Shown piece after piece: positions 44,485-54,452 of a stretch of 64,000 nucleotides of DNA. Source of the DNA: Syntrophaceae bacterium (GTDB lineage Bacteria; Desulfobacterota; SM23-61); NCBI GenBank assembly GCA_013388675.1, contig JACAEW010000211.1:42649-106648 (forward strand). The letters run 5' to 3'. Numbering within the stretch: the first letter of the stretch is position 1; every line of letters begins with the position of its first letter. Both the position numbers and the translations under genes were made by a program. The notes below the pieces were generated by a model. That model worked only from the letters and a program-made list of their open reading frames with translations, was not told the origin of the DNA and ran no database searches.

Positions 44485-46020
44485 ATGCGCAAAGAGGTTG
44501 TTAAAGCCGTCTTGGTCGTTTTTATCGCCAGCTTCTGCACCATGGTTATCGAGCTGGTGGCGGGAAGGATTCTGGCTCCCTTTGTGGGGGTCTCTCTATA
44601 TACCTGGACCTCGATCATCGGAGTGGTTCTGGCGGGAATCAGCATCGGGGCCTATCTGGGGGGAATTCTGGCGGACCGATATCCCACGCCCAAAACCCTG
44701 GGCTGGCTCCTCCTTCTATCCGGGCTGGCCGCGCTTTCTATTTCTCCCTTGACCGGGATCGTCGCCCAATGGCAGTTGGAGACCAGCCTCATGCTGCGCA
44801 TCCTGGCGGTCACGACGGTCATCTTTTTCGTTCCCGCCACTCTTTTGGGGATGATCTCTCCGGTAGTGGTCCGTCTTTCATTGGACCGTCTGGAACGGTC
44901 GGGGAACGTAGTAGGAAAGATCTATGCCTTTTCCACCCTGGGTTCGATCCTGGGAACTTTTGCCACCGGCTTCTTCTTGATCTCCTGGATGGGGACGCGA
45001 AATATTCTCCTCCTCATGTCGGTGATCCTGATCGTTTCCTCGCCTTTTTTCGGCGGCGCCTTCCTCAAGCGGCGGGTATTCATGGTTCTTTTCCCGGTCC
45101 TCTTCTTCGGCCTCTGGGCGGTCCACGACCAGGCCTTTACCAAGCAGCGCGACGACCACTCCTATTACTTTAAGGAAACCGATTACTTCACCATCGAATT
45201 GAAAAAAACGGAGAAGGACAGCCGCCCCCTGGAAATGGTCGTCCTGGATAACCTGATCCATTCCTACGTGGACCTGGAGGACCCGCTCCACCTTCAGTAC
45301 GGATACGAAAAAACCTATGCCGACCTTGTCGCCTGGAAAGCCAAGAACAATCCGCGGTTCCGGGCCCTCATCATCGGGGGCGGAGGGTACACCTTCCCCC
45401 GATTCCTGGAGGCCAAATACCCGCAGGCCCAAATCGAGGTGCTCGAAATCGACCCCCATTTGACCCGACTGGCGTTTGAATACCTGGGGCTTTCCCCGAA
45501 GACCCGGATTCGGACGTTCAACGGAGATGCCCGCTGGACCCTCATGAACTTAAAGGAAAAGGGGAGCTATGATTTTATCCTGGGGGATGCCTTCAACGAT
45601 CTTTCCATCCCCTACCACCTGACCACCCGGGAGTTCAGCGCCCTGCTCCGTTCGGCGCTGAAGCCGGACGGGCTTTTAATCGCCAACGTGATCGACCATT
45701 TTCAGACCGGGCTGTTCATGCCTTCATACGTCCGAACCCTGGAAGAAGTCTTCGGCAAGGGAAAGGTGGCCCTGGTTTCGGACTCCAGCTTCGAGGGGAT
45801 GGGGATCAGCACCATGATCGTATCGGCCAGCGCCCGGGAGCAAGACTGGAAGGAACTGGAAAGGGTAAACCCGAAGAATTGCTACGTCATCGACCCCCCG
45901 GAATTGGACCGAAGGCTGCAGAACCGCTTCGCCATGATCCTAACCGACGATCACGCCCCGGTGGACAACCTGACCGCCCCGATTTTTGAGGAGAGGTTCG
46001 GGAGGAAAAGGAGAGGCTAA
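44485..46020 (+). CDS. Fused membrane domain + spermidine-synthase-like methyltransferase-fold protein
   Basis: About seven N-terminal TM segments, then ALIIGGGGYTFPRFL...LGDAFNDLSIPYHLTTREF, typical of spermidine synthase-like proteins. Confidence 0.75.
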   Translation: MRKEVVKAVLVVFIASFCTMVIELVAGRILAPFVGVSLYTWTSIIGVVLAGISIGAYLGGILADRYPTPKTLGWLLLLSGLAALSISPLTGIVAQWQLETSLMLRILAVTTVIFFVPATLLGMISPVVVRLSLDRLERSGNVVGKIYAFSTLGSILGTFATGFFLISWMGTRNILLLMSVILIVSSPFFGGAFLKRRVFMVLFPVLFFGLWAVHDQAFTKQRDDHSYYFKETDYFTIELKKTEKDSRPLEMVVLDNLIHSYVDLEDPLHLQYGYEKTYADLVAWKAKNNPRFRALIIGGGGYTFPRFLEAKYPQAQIEVLEIDPHLTRLAFEYLGLSPKTRIRTFNGDARWTLMNLKEKGSYDFILGDAFNDLSIPYHLTTREFSALLRSALKPDGLLIANVIDHFQTGLFMPSYVRTLEEVFGKGKVALVSDSSFEGMGISTMIVSASAREQDWKELERVNPKNCYVIDPPELDRRLQNRFAMILTDDHAPVDNLTAPIFEERFGRKRRG

Positions 46021-46074
46021 AAACAGAATCCAGGAGCCAGAAGTCAGAATAAGAAGATTTTTTCTTCTGGCTTC

Positions 46075-47469
46075 TCATTCTTTTGTCCCTTCCTTCTCTT
46101 CTTCGACCACGATCCCGTACTTGCGGATTTTCTGCTGAAGGTTCTGCCGGAACATCTGGGCCTTGCGGGAGGCTTCGGAGATGTTCCAATTGCTTTCTTT
46201 CAAGATTTGGGTGATATAGATTTTCTCGAATTCTTCCTTCGCCTTGCTGAAGGGAGCGTTGGCCCAGCTCTCCCGGGCTGCGGCTCTGTCTGCGGCCCGG
46301 TTGACGAACTCTTCCGGAAGGTCGGTGATCTTGATCGTCTCTCCCTCCGCCATGGAAAGGGCGTATTCGATCACATGTTCGAGCTCGCGAACGTTTCCCG
46401 GCCATTTATAAGCCTGAAGCGCTTTCAGGGCCTGGGGGTCGAGGCGCTCCGCCTTCCGGTCTCCCCGGTACTTGGCCAGGAAATGGTAGGCCAGGGCGGG
46501 AATGTCCTCCGCGCGCTCCCGTAAGGGGGGCAGGTGAATGGCGATCCCTTTTAGCCGGTAATAAAGGTCCTGGCGGAACTCCCGCCTTTCCACCGCCTTT
46601 TCAAGGTCGCGGTTGGTGGCGGCGATGATGCGGATGTCCACCCGGAGGGGATGGGTATCCCCCACGCGCATGAACTCCGCCTCCTGAATGACCCGGAGAA
46701 GTTTTACCTGGAAGGATGGGGCGGTCTCGGAAATCTCGTCGAGAAAGAGAGTCCCCCCGTCGGCGGCCTCGATCAGGCCTTTTCGCGTGGAGACCGCCCC
46801 GGTGAAGGCCCCCTTCACGTGCCCGAAAAGTTCGCTCTCCAGCACCCCCTCGGCGAGGGCGCCGCAGTTGAGGGGCAAAAACAGCTTCTCCCGCCTTCTA
46901 CTCCGGTCGTGGATGGCCCGGGCCACCAGCTCTTTTCCCGTGCCCGTTTCTCCCGTGAGGAGGATGTTGGTCTCCGTATCGGCCACTTTCTGGATCAATT
47001 CGAAGACCCGTTGCAGCGGGGGGCTGTTGCCGATGATGTTCCCGAAGGGGTGATGGGCCTGGAGATGCTGGCGCAGGAGGATGTTCTCCCCCTCCAGGCG
47101 GCTGTGCTCGGCGGCCCGTTCGATGATCACCCGGACCTCGTCGGGAGTAAAGGGTTTGGGCAGATAATCGTAGGCCCCTTTCTGGATGGCCTCCACGGCG
47201 CTCTTGATGGTGGCATACCCGGTGATCATGATCACCACCAGCGAGGGCTGGACCTGTTTCACCCTCTCCAGGAGCTGCATCCCGTCCATGCCGGGCATGC
47301 GGATATCGCTGATGACGATGTCATAATGCTTCTCCTGGACCTTCTTCAGCGCCTCTTCCCCGCTCAGAACATAGTCCGAAGGATACCCGCTCCTTTTGAG
47401 GATGGCCTGGAGGGATTTGCAGGTGTTGACCTGGTCGTCCACGATGAGAATGGGGGTCGTTTTTTCCAT
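46075..47469 (-). CDS. Sigma-54-dependent response regulator (NtrC family EBP)
   Basis: Receiver domain (ILIVDDQ...DIRMPGMDG), AAA+ domain with GETGTGKE and GAFTGA, and a C-terminal HTH. Confidence 0.9.
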   Translation of the reverse strand: MEKTTPILIVDDQVNTCKSLQAILKRSGYPSDYVLSGEEALKKVQEKHYDIVISDIRMPGMDGMQLLERVKQVQPSLVVIMITGYATIKSAVEAIQKGAYDYLPKPFTPDEVRVIIERAAEHSRLEGENILLRQHLQAHHPFGNIIGNSPPLQRVFELIQKVADTETNILLTGETGTGKELVARAIHDRSRRREKLFLPLNCGALAEGVLESELFGHVKGAFTGAVSTRKGLIEAADGGTLFLDEISETAPSFQVKLLRVIQEAEFMRVGDTHPLRVDIRIIAATNRDLEKAVERREFRQDLYYRLKGIAIHLPPLRERAEDIPALAYHFLAKYRGDRKAERLDPQALKALQAYKWPGNVRELEHVIEYALSMAEGETIKITDLPEEFVNRAADRAAARESWANAPFSKAKEEFEKIYITQILKESNWNISEASRKAQMFRQNLQQKIRKYGIVVEEEKEGTKE

Positions 47470-47470
47470 A

Positions 47471-49375
47471 TCAGGTTTGCTGGGCGGTGGACAAGGGGAA
47501 GTCGATGGTGAAGGTCGTTCCCCGGCCCACCGTGCTCTCCAGGCGATACTTCGCCCCGTAGTTCTTCAGGATTCCCGAAACAATGTACAGGCCCAAGCCC
47601 GTGCCCTCCCCGGTGCCCTTGGTGGAAAAGAAGGGATCAAAGACCCGGCTCAGGTTTTCGGGCGGGATTCCCGGTCCCGTGTCCTGAAAGATGATCCGGA
47701 TGAACGGCCCGCCCAGGGAAGGGGATTGGACGAAACTTTCATCCGGGGTTTCACCGAAAAGAGTCCGTATCAAGAGCTTCCTTTCTCCCGGGGGAGATTC
47801 GGAGAATTTCCCGGCGGAAGGTTCGTCGTTCATGGCCTGAACCGAATTGAGAATCAGATTGCTGAAGACCTGCTGCATCTGGCCGGAGTCGGCTCGCACC
47901 AGGGGAAGTTCCTTGGCCAGTTCCATCCCCACTTCAATCCCTTCCATCACCCCCTGTTTTTCCAGGAGGAGGAGACTCATGTTCAACACGTCATTGAGGT
48001 CCACCCATTCCAGGGAGGGCTTCGACTCCCGCGAGAAGGAAAGAAGGTCGGAGACGATTCTTTTGGCCCGGGTGGCCTCTTTGATGATAATGTCCAGGCT
48101 TTCCCGATTCGGTTCTCCCTCCGGGGTGTCTTCCCGCAAAAGATTGCCGAAGGTCAGGATGGAGGTGAGCGGGTCGTTCATCTCGTGGGCCACCCCGGAG
48201 GCCAGGCGGCCGATGGCCGCCAATTTTTCGGTCTGGACCAGCTCCGCCTGGGCCTTCTTCAAGTCCTCTTCCAGTTTCTTCTTTTCGGTTAGGTCTTTGA
48301 TCACTCCCAGGGTGCCGATGACCGCTCCCCGCTCCTCCTTGAGCAGGGAAGCCGAAGTCAAAATGGGTATCACCCGCCCATCGCTGACCATGGTGGTTTC
48401 ATAATTCATCAACCGGCCCCTCTCCCGCAGGACCGACATGATCTTTCGCGCTTCCCCCATTCCTCCCAAGTACAGCCGGCTGATGTGGACACCCAGAAGC
48501 TTGTCTTCCTGCCCGGCTTGGCCCAAAATCATCTCCTGCATGGAGCGGTTGGCAAAGGTGATCACCCCCCTGGGGTCGGTGGCTACGATGGCATCGACCG
48601 AGCTCTGAACGATATTCTCCAGGGTGTCCTTGGTCTTGCGCAGCTCCTGGGCCGACTGCTGGAGTTGGGTCCTCCCATTCTCCAGGGAGGCCACCATCTT
48701 GTTGAAAGATTCGGCAAGGGCTCCGATTTCATCTTTCGACTTTGGAGCGACTGGCCTGGAAAAATCCCCCTCGGCCACTTTCTGGGTTGCCTGGAGGAGC
48801 TGTCGAAGGGGCTTCACCAGAAGTTGGCTGAAGTAGAAGGCCAGAACAAGCCCGATCAGGCCGGCTTGGACGGCAAAGACCCAGGCATAGGTCTGGGCCT
48901 TGCGGGTGGCCACCTGGATCGGCAGCCAGGAAAGGCCGATGGCCTGTTCGGCCATCTTCTCGAGCGTGGCCCCTAGGGCTTCCAGTTCAGCGATCTGAGA
49001 GTCAACCTGAGCACGGTCCTCGGCCGAAAAAAGGATACCGAGGACCCGCTGGTAATCTTTCAGGGCTTGTTGGGCTGCGGCGAATTTAAAGAAGGCTCCG
49101 TTCTCCTCCCCCAGGCCCTTGAGATGGGAAAGAGAATCGGCTGCCCGGGAGGAGGCATCCTGGATGCGCTGGAGGTAGAATTTTTCCCGGTAAAAAGAGA
49201 AGTTCTTTTCGTGCCGGCGCATGTCCAGTATGTTGCTGTAATTCTGGTAGGCCTGCCTCACCCGGTGGGAGCTTTCATTGATTCGTTGGGAGTTAACGTA
49301 CAATACCTCGGCCACCATGGCCGTAAGACCGGCCAGAGGGAGAAAAACAAGAAGGAGTTTGGTGCCAATCCGCAT
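47471..49375 (-). CDS. Sensor histidine kinase (TM-HAMP-PAS-HisKA-HATPase)
   Basis: H-box GVAHEMNDPL, and G-boxes DTGPGIPPE and GTGLGL. It lies 1 nt upstream of the EBP gene. Confidence 0.9.
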   Translation of the reverse strand: MRIGTKLLLVFLPLAGLTAMVAEVLYVNSQRINESSHRVRQAYQNYSNILDMRRHEKNFSFYREKFYLQRIQDASSRAADSLSHLKGLGEENGAFFKFAAAQQALKDYQRVLGILFSAEDRAQVDSQIAELEALGATLEKMAEQAIGLSWLPIQVATRKAQTYAWVFAVQAGLIGLVLAFYFSQLLVKPLRQLLQATQKVAEGDFSRPVAPKSKDEIGALAESFNKMVASLENGRTQLQQSAQELRKTKDTLENIVQSSVDAIVATDPRGVITFANRSMQEMILGQAGQEDKLLGVHISRLYLGGMGEARKIMSVLRERGRLMNYETTMVSDGRVIPILTSASLLKEERGAVIGTLGVIKDLTEKKKLEEDLKKAQAELVQTEKLAAIGRLASGVAHEMNDPLTSILTFGNLLREDTPEGEPNRESLDIIIKEATRAKRIVSDLLSFSRESKPSLEWVDLNDVLNMSLLLLEKQGVMEGIEVGMELAKELPLVRADSGQMQQVFSNLILNSVQAMNDEPSAGKFSESPPGERKLLIRTLFGETPDESFVQSPSLGGPFIRIIFQDTGPGIPPENLSRVFDPFFSTKGTGEGTGLGLYIVSGILKNYGAKYRLESTVGRGTTFTIDFPLSTAQQT

Positions 49376-49647
49376 ATTTTCAATACATCAGGCCATGGCA
49401 GAGCAAGAGGAAGGACCCCCGGATGCCTGGAATTCGTCCCGGGCCGGGGTTTAGAGCTGCTTTCCCAACGCTATAGTGCCATGTTTCCCAGCAGCTCATA
49501 TTCCATTGAAATTATAGGGGTAAATTGGAAAAAGAAGCAAGGGAAAAGAGAGCTGGAAAAAGGGCCCGCCGTTCCCCCATTCATATCCCCCCCCGCTCAG
49601 CTTTTTAAAAGACGAATGCGGTCACCCCTTCAAAGCATCGCCGAGCT

Positions 49648-49676
49648 TTGACTTCGTTGGAGGAATTCGCTATAAT
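49648..49676 (+). promoter_or_regulatory. Near-consensus sigma-70 promoter
   Basis: TTGACT-N17-TATAAT, ending 10 nt before the ATG at 49686. Confidence 0.55.
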
Positions 49677-49685
49677 TTCAACCTA

Positions 49686-51890
49686 ATGTCCAGCCAAGCC
49701 ATAATCCCCCGCTTAGAAGAGGCGATGAAAAAGTATCGCCTCCCCCTTATGCCGATGATCTGGGTTATCACCTGCCTGGTCATCGGGGTCCTGGTGGGTA
49801 TCGGGCTCTACAGTTATTCTTCTGCGGAAAAGGCCATGGCCGACCAGTTCAACCAGGAGCAACTCGTCCTGGTTCAGCAGGCGGCCAAGGGGATGGAAAA
49901 TCATTTGGCCACTCTCCGCCAGACCCTGACCATCATGACCCGAATCCCGGAAGCCCGGGGTCTGGCCCGGGAGGGCGGGGAGGAAAAATTGAAGGCTCTT
50001 TGGGAAGCCTGCGGGGGGTCCTTTGATTTTCTCTTCCATGTGGGTGAACGGGGTAACCCGCTTTCCTCTTATCCATCGAAAATTTTGGAGGGTCTGCAAG
50101 GGGAGACCTTCCGTCTTCGCCCCCACCTGGAGAAAACCCGCATCGCCGGAAAAACGGCGGTGGTTCATACCGGCCCCTTCCCGGGGAAAAAGGGCCCTGA
50201 CCCGGCTTGGCGTTTCGGCTCTCTCTTGATCCTGTCCCCCATTTTCCACGGCCCGGACCTGGCAGGGTTTCTGGGCGCCGGAATCGACTTTAAGAAGGTC
50301 TATGACCGGTTCGTCCACCCCATCCGGTCCGGAGCCCGAGGCTCCTCTTGGATGATCGACGGGGAAGGGAGATTCATCGCCCATGAAGATTCCCGGCTCA
50401 TTTGGAAGGACGCCTTTTCCGCCCGCCAGGAGCGGGACCCAGGGCTTTCCTCGGAGAAAATCGACTGGATCATGAGGGAAAAGATGCTGAAGGGGCAATC
50501 CGGCACGGGGGAATACGAGAGCGGCTGGCATTTGGGGGATCAAGGCCGAATCAGAAAATTGATCGCTTACGCCCCGGTCCGACTCGACGGCCAAATCTGG
50601 CCGGTGGCCGTGGTCGTCCCGTACTCGGACGTGACCCAATTGGTCTGGGGGAGTTTTCAGAGTTCGGCCGTCCTTATCCTGATTATGGCCGGCGTTCTTT
50701 TAGCCGGGACCTACGTGGGGCACAAGATCAACCAGGAGCGGGTTCGAGCGGCGGAAAAAGTCAGGTGGGGCGAGGAAATCCTGCGCAGCCAGAACCGGCT
50801 TCAGGCGCTCTTTGACGGGGCCCCCGATGCCATTACCATCGTGGACCGGAATTACCGCATCTTGACGGTCAATAAAACCGCCCAGACCTGGTATAAGCGG
50901 GGCCTGGAGGATTTTGTCGGCAAACTCTGCCATCGGGAATTCCAGAACCGCCCCGACCTGTGCGTCAACTGCCCGGCGGAGGAGTCTTTCCGCACCGGCC
51001 GCCCGGCCTTCCGGGAACGGGCCAGCCTGGTGGCCGGGGGGACGAAATATTACCTGCAGATCTTTACCTTTCCCCTCCGCGATCGAAACGGGGATATCGT
51101 GGAAGTCGTGGAATACGTCAAGGACGTGACCGCGGAAAAGGAATTGCAGCAGCAGATCATTCAATCGGAGCGACTGGCGGTTGTCGGCCGCATGGCGGCC
51201 AACGTGGCCCACGAAATTAAGAATCCCCTGGGCACCATCGTTTTGAATGCGGAGCTTTTGGGGGAAGAACTGGACAAGATCGGCTCCGAGCGCACCGCCG
51301 AATGCCAGGAACTCCTGGGAATCATCAAATCCGAGGTGGACCGTCTTCTCGAGGTGGTGGAAGAGTACCTGCAGTTTGCCCGCCTGCCGAAAATCAAGCT
51401 GGAGGAAGGGAGCGTGAACGAGGCCATCTCCGATCTCTTCCTATTCCTTAAGGAAGAAATGAATGAACGAAAGATCCTTTTGGTGGAAGAACTGGACCCC
51501 AATCTTCCCCCCGTCCAACTGGACCCGAAGCAGCTCCGGCAGGCCCTGTTGAACATTGTCAAGAATTCCTTTGAGGCCATGCCCGAGGGGGGGAAATTGA
51601 CCCTTACCACGGGTCAACGGGATGGGAAGGTGCAGATCACCATCAGCGATACGGGCAAAGGAATTCCTCCGGAGAACCAGGAACTCGTTTTCACTCCCTT
51701 TTTCAGCACCAAGCACGGGGGCACGGGATTGGGACTTTCCATCACTTCCCACATCGTGAAGGAACACCGGGGGGCGATCGGGTTTCAAAGCTATGAGGGC
51801 CTGGGGACTTCTTTCACCATCCGCCTGCCGATTGCTCCTTCCCCGCGTCCAGCCCAGGGGGAAGAAAAGCCGGCGGCGGGCCAGCCATAA
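49686..51890 (+). CDS. Sensor histidine kinase (periplasmic Cache-like domain, PAS, HisKA, HATPase); start may be Met at 49725
   Basis: H-box NVAHEIKNPL, and G-boxes DTGKGIPPE and GTGLGLS. Confidence 0.85.
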   Translation: MSSQAIIPRLEEAMKKYRLPLMPMIWVITCLVIGVLVGIGLYSYSSAEKAMADQFNQEQLVLVQQAAKGMENHLATLRQTLTIMTRIPEARGLAREGGEEKLKALWEACGGSFDFLFHVGERGNPLSSYPSKILEGLQGETFRLRPHLEKTRIAGKTAVVHTGPFPGKKGPDPAWRFGSLLILSPIFHGPDLAGFLGAGIDFKKVYDRFVHPIRSGARGSSWMIDGEGRFIAHEDSRLIWKDAFSARQERDPGLSSEKIDWIMREKMLKGQSGTGEYESGWHLGDQGRIRKLIAYAPVRLDGQIWPVAVVVPYSDVTQLVWGSFQSSAVLILIMAGVLLAGTYVGHKINQERVRAAEKVRWGEEILRSQNRLQALFDGAPDAITIVDRNYRILTVNKTAQTWYKRGLEDFVGKLCHREFQNRPDLCVNCPAEESFRTGRPAFRERASLVAGGTKYYLQIFTFPLRDRNGDIVEVVEYVKDVTAEKELQQQIIQSERLAVVGRMAANVAHEIKNPLGTIVLNAELLGEELDKIGSERTAECQELLGIIKSEVDRLLEVVEEYLQFARLPKIKLEEGSVNEAISDLFLFLKEEMNERKILLVEELDPNLPPVQLDPKQLRQALLNIVKNSFEAMPEGGKLTLTTGQRDGKVQITISDTGKGIPPENQELVFTPFFSTKHGGTGLGLSITSHIVKEHRGAIGFQSYEGLGTSFTIRLPIAPSPRPAQGEEKPAAGQP

Positions 51891-51917
51891 GAAGTCGGGT
51901 GATTCCCGAGGACGTCC

Positions 51918-53378
51918 ATGGACCTTCCAGAACCCAGAAATATTCTCTTGGTGGACGACAACAAATCCTTCCGCGACTCCCTGGCCAAGATTCTGGGCGG
52001 CGAGGGATACCGAATATTTTCGGCCAGCGACGGGGATGAAGCCCTGGATATCCTGCGCAAGGAATCCATCCACCTAGTCCTTACCGACCTGAACATGCCC
52101 AAAATGGATGGAGTGGAACTGCTCAAGGTGGCCAAAACCATCCGGCCGGAGGTTGAAGTCATCCTCATGACGGGGTATGGGACCGTGGATACCGCCGTGA
52201 CCGCCATGAAGGACGGGGCCTTCGATTACATTCAGAAGCCATTCAAACCGCGGGAGATTCTCAAGCTGGCCCGCAAGGCTCTGGAGAAGCAGTCCCTGGT
52301 CCTGGAAAACCGCCTCCTCCAGGAACGGATCAAAGACTTTCAGAAAGTGGATAAGATCGTTGGCCGCAGTCCGGCCATGAGGCATATCATGGAAATCGTG
52401 GCCCAAGTGGCCCCCAGTTCAGCCACCGTCCTCATTCAAGGGGAGAGTGGAACGGGGAAGGAGGTCATCGGCCAGGCGATCCACGATCTGAGCCCCAGGG
52501 CCAAAAATCCCTTTATCAAGGTTAGCTGTGCGGCCCTGCCGGAGACCCTGCTGGAGGCGGAGCTCTTCGGTTACGAGCGGGGCGCTTTTACCGGCGCCAT
52601 CTCCCGCAAAGAAGGGCGTTTCGAGCTGGCCAACGGAGGAACCCTCTTTTTGGACGAGATCGGAGAAGTGAGCCCTACGGTCCAGGTGAAACTGTTGCGG
52701 GTCCTCCAAGTGGGAGAGTTTGAGCGTCTGGGGGGCACGAAGACCATCCGGGCCGATGTCCGAATCGTGGCAGCCACCAACATCAACCTTCTGGAGGCGG
52801 TGGAACGGAAGACGTTTCGCGAAGACCTTTACTCCCGGCTCAATGTGATCACCCTGACCCTTCCCCCTCTGCGGCAGAGGGAAGGCGATATCCCGCTTCT
52901 GGCCCACCACTTCCTTGAATTTTTCAAGAAAAAGAATAACAAAGAGGTGAAAGGATTTTCCCCGGAGACTCTGGAAATTATGCTCCAGTATTCCTGGCCC
53001 CGGAACGTGCGCCAATTGGAAAACGCCATCGAGCGAGCGGTGGTCTTGACCAAGGGAGACATGATTACCCCGGGGGATCTCCCCCCGGAGATCCTGCAGG
53101 CCGTGGAACCTGCAACCCAGAGGCCGATTTTCATGGAAGATAAGAACCTCTCCATCCCCCTCGGTACCCCCCTGGAAATGATCGAAAAACGAGTCATTGA
53201 AGAGACGCTGAGGTACTCCCGGGGCGATAAGAATCTGGCCTCTAAGATCCTGGGGATTTCCGCCCGGACGATCTACAGGAAAATGGAAGAAGATAAAAAA
53301 GAAGGTGAAAAAAAGCAGGAGTACGGCGAAGGATCCTTTCAAGATGGAGAAAAAACAAATGACAATTTGGCAAAATAA
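51918..53378 (+). CDS. Sigma-54-dependent response regulator (NtrC family EBP)
   Basis: Receiver domain, AAA+ domain with GESGTGKE and GAFTGA, and a C-terminal HTH (LASKILGISARTIYRKM). Confidence 0.9.
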   Translation: MDLPEPRNILLVDDNKSFRDSLAKILGGEGYRIFSASDGDEALDILRKESIHLVLTDLNMPKMDGVELLKVAKTIRPEVEVILMTGYGTVDTAVTAMKDGAFDYIQKPFKPREILKLARKALEKQSLVLENRLLQERIKDFQKVDKIVGRSPAMRHIMEIVAQVAPSSATVLIQGESGTGKEVIGQAIHDLSPRAKNPFIKVSCAALPETLLEAELFGYERGAFTGAISRKEGRFELANGGTLFLDEIGEVSPTVQVKLLRVLQVGEFERLGGTKTIRADVRIVAATNINLLEAVERKTFREDLYSRLNVITLTLPPLRQREGDIPLLAHHFLEFFKKKNNKEVKGFSPETLEIMLQYSWPRNVRQLENAIERAVVLTKGDMITPGDLPPEILQAVEPATQRPIFMEDKNLSIPLGTPLEMIEKRVIEETLRYSRGDKNLASKILGISARTIYRKMEEDKKEGEKKQEYGEGSFQDGEKTNDNLAK

Positions 53379-53552
53379 AAGTTTTTTTGTCTGAATTTCC
53401 ATTTTTTTAGGGTTTATTTCGGTATTTTGCCAAAATGTCCTCTTCCTCTCGATAACCCCACAAGGCTCCCAGGCCAACCGCAGGACCAAAATAAAAAATT
53501 AATGATTTCAAATCATTACGTAATGATTGGGAGTATTTTTCCGCAGCTTCTT

Positions 53553-53567
53553 TGGCACATCTTTTGC
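53553..53567 (+). promoter_or_regulatory. Sigma-54 (-24/-12) promoter
   Basis: TGGCAC-ATCTT-TTGC matches the TGGCAC-N5-TTGC consensus exactly. It lies about 195 nt upstream of the receiver gene at 53761. Confidence 0.7.
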
Positions 53568-53760
53568 TTATTAAATTCGCAAATTGGAAAATTTGAAGGG
53601 GTCCGATCTTCACAGGCTACGAACGAGCGAACTCCCCTGCTCATCTGTGACTGGCAACCGAAACAACAACCCTCCTCTATCAGATCGGACCCCTTCAATT
53701 TTTCTGGATCGTCGTGAAAATTCAGCCAGTTTCTTTTCTGTCCCAAAATTCGGAGGAAGC

Positions 53761-54261
53761 GTGGAAAAGAAAACGATTTTGGTCGTGGACAACGGGGAGA
53801 CTATACGCGAAACCCTGGTTAAGATTCTAGAGCGGGAAGGATACCGGGTCTTAACAGCGGAGGACGGGCAGGCCGCCCTGGAAGTTTTGAAGGAGAACCA
53901 GACCAACCTGATCCTTTCCGATGTATGTATGCCGAGGATGGACGGAAACAAACTGCTGAAGCTGGCCAAGGCCATCCAGCCGGACGTGGAGGTCATCCTG
54001 ATGACCGGCCACGGAAAGACCGAAATGGGGCTGGAGGCTCTCCGGGCTGGGGCCTTCGATTTTATCCAGAAACCCTTTACCAAGCTGGCCTTGAACAAGA
54101 CCATCAAACAGGCTTTGGAAAAGCAAGCCATGGCCTCCGAGCTGCGTTTCCTGAAGGAACGGGTTCGGGAGCTTTTGGGGGAGATCATGGAGCTGATCGG
54201 AGAGCCCCCGGTTCATCGGATGCCTTACCCTCGTCCCTTACGGGCCGATTCAACCCACTGA
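53761..54261 (+). CDS. Stand-alone receiver domain that looks like a truncated NtrC-type EBP
   Basis: GTG start after GGAGGA. The receiver and linker align with the EBP at 51918. The ORF ends about 10 residues into where the AAA+ domain starts (LIGEPPVHRM versus IVGRSPAMRHI). Confidence 0.75.
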   Translation: MEKKTILVVDNGETIRETLVKILEREGYRVLTAEDGQAALEVLKENQTNLILSDVCMPRMDGNKLLKLAKAIQPDVEVILMTGHGKTEMGLEALRAGAFDFIQKPFTKLALNKTIKQALEKQAMASELRFLKERVRELLGEIMELIGEPPVHRMPYPRPLRADSTH

Positions 54262-54452
54262 AAGCCTGTTGGGAGATAGGTTTAAAACAGGCGAAATTAT
54301 GCCTCCTGAATCCGAAAGCTTTTCTTGGATAAAGAAAGCCAGGGGAGACGTATAGGTTTTTTTATATTCATGGAAAGTTAGGCTTGCAGAAAACGACCCT
54401 AGCCAAGATAATAAATTTATAGGATTTAAACAACCCATCGGAGGGCACATCT

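Noticed and set aside
54371-54388. TGGAAAGTTAGGCTTGCA upstream of acs as a sigma-54 promoter.
   Set aside because: The GG-to-GC spacing is 12 nt rather than 10, and the -24 region deviates from TGGCAC.
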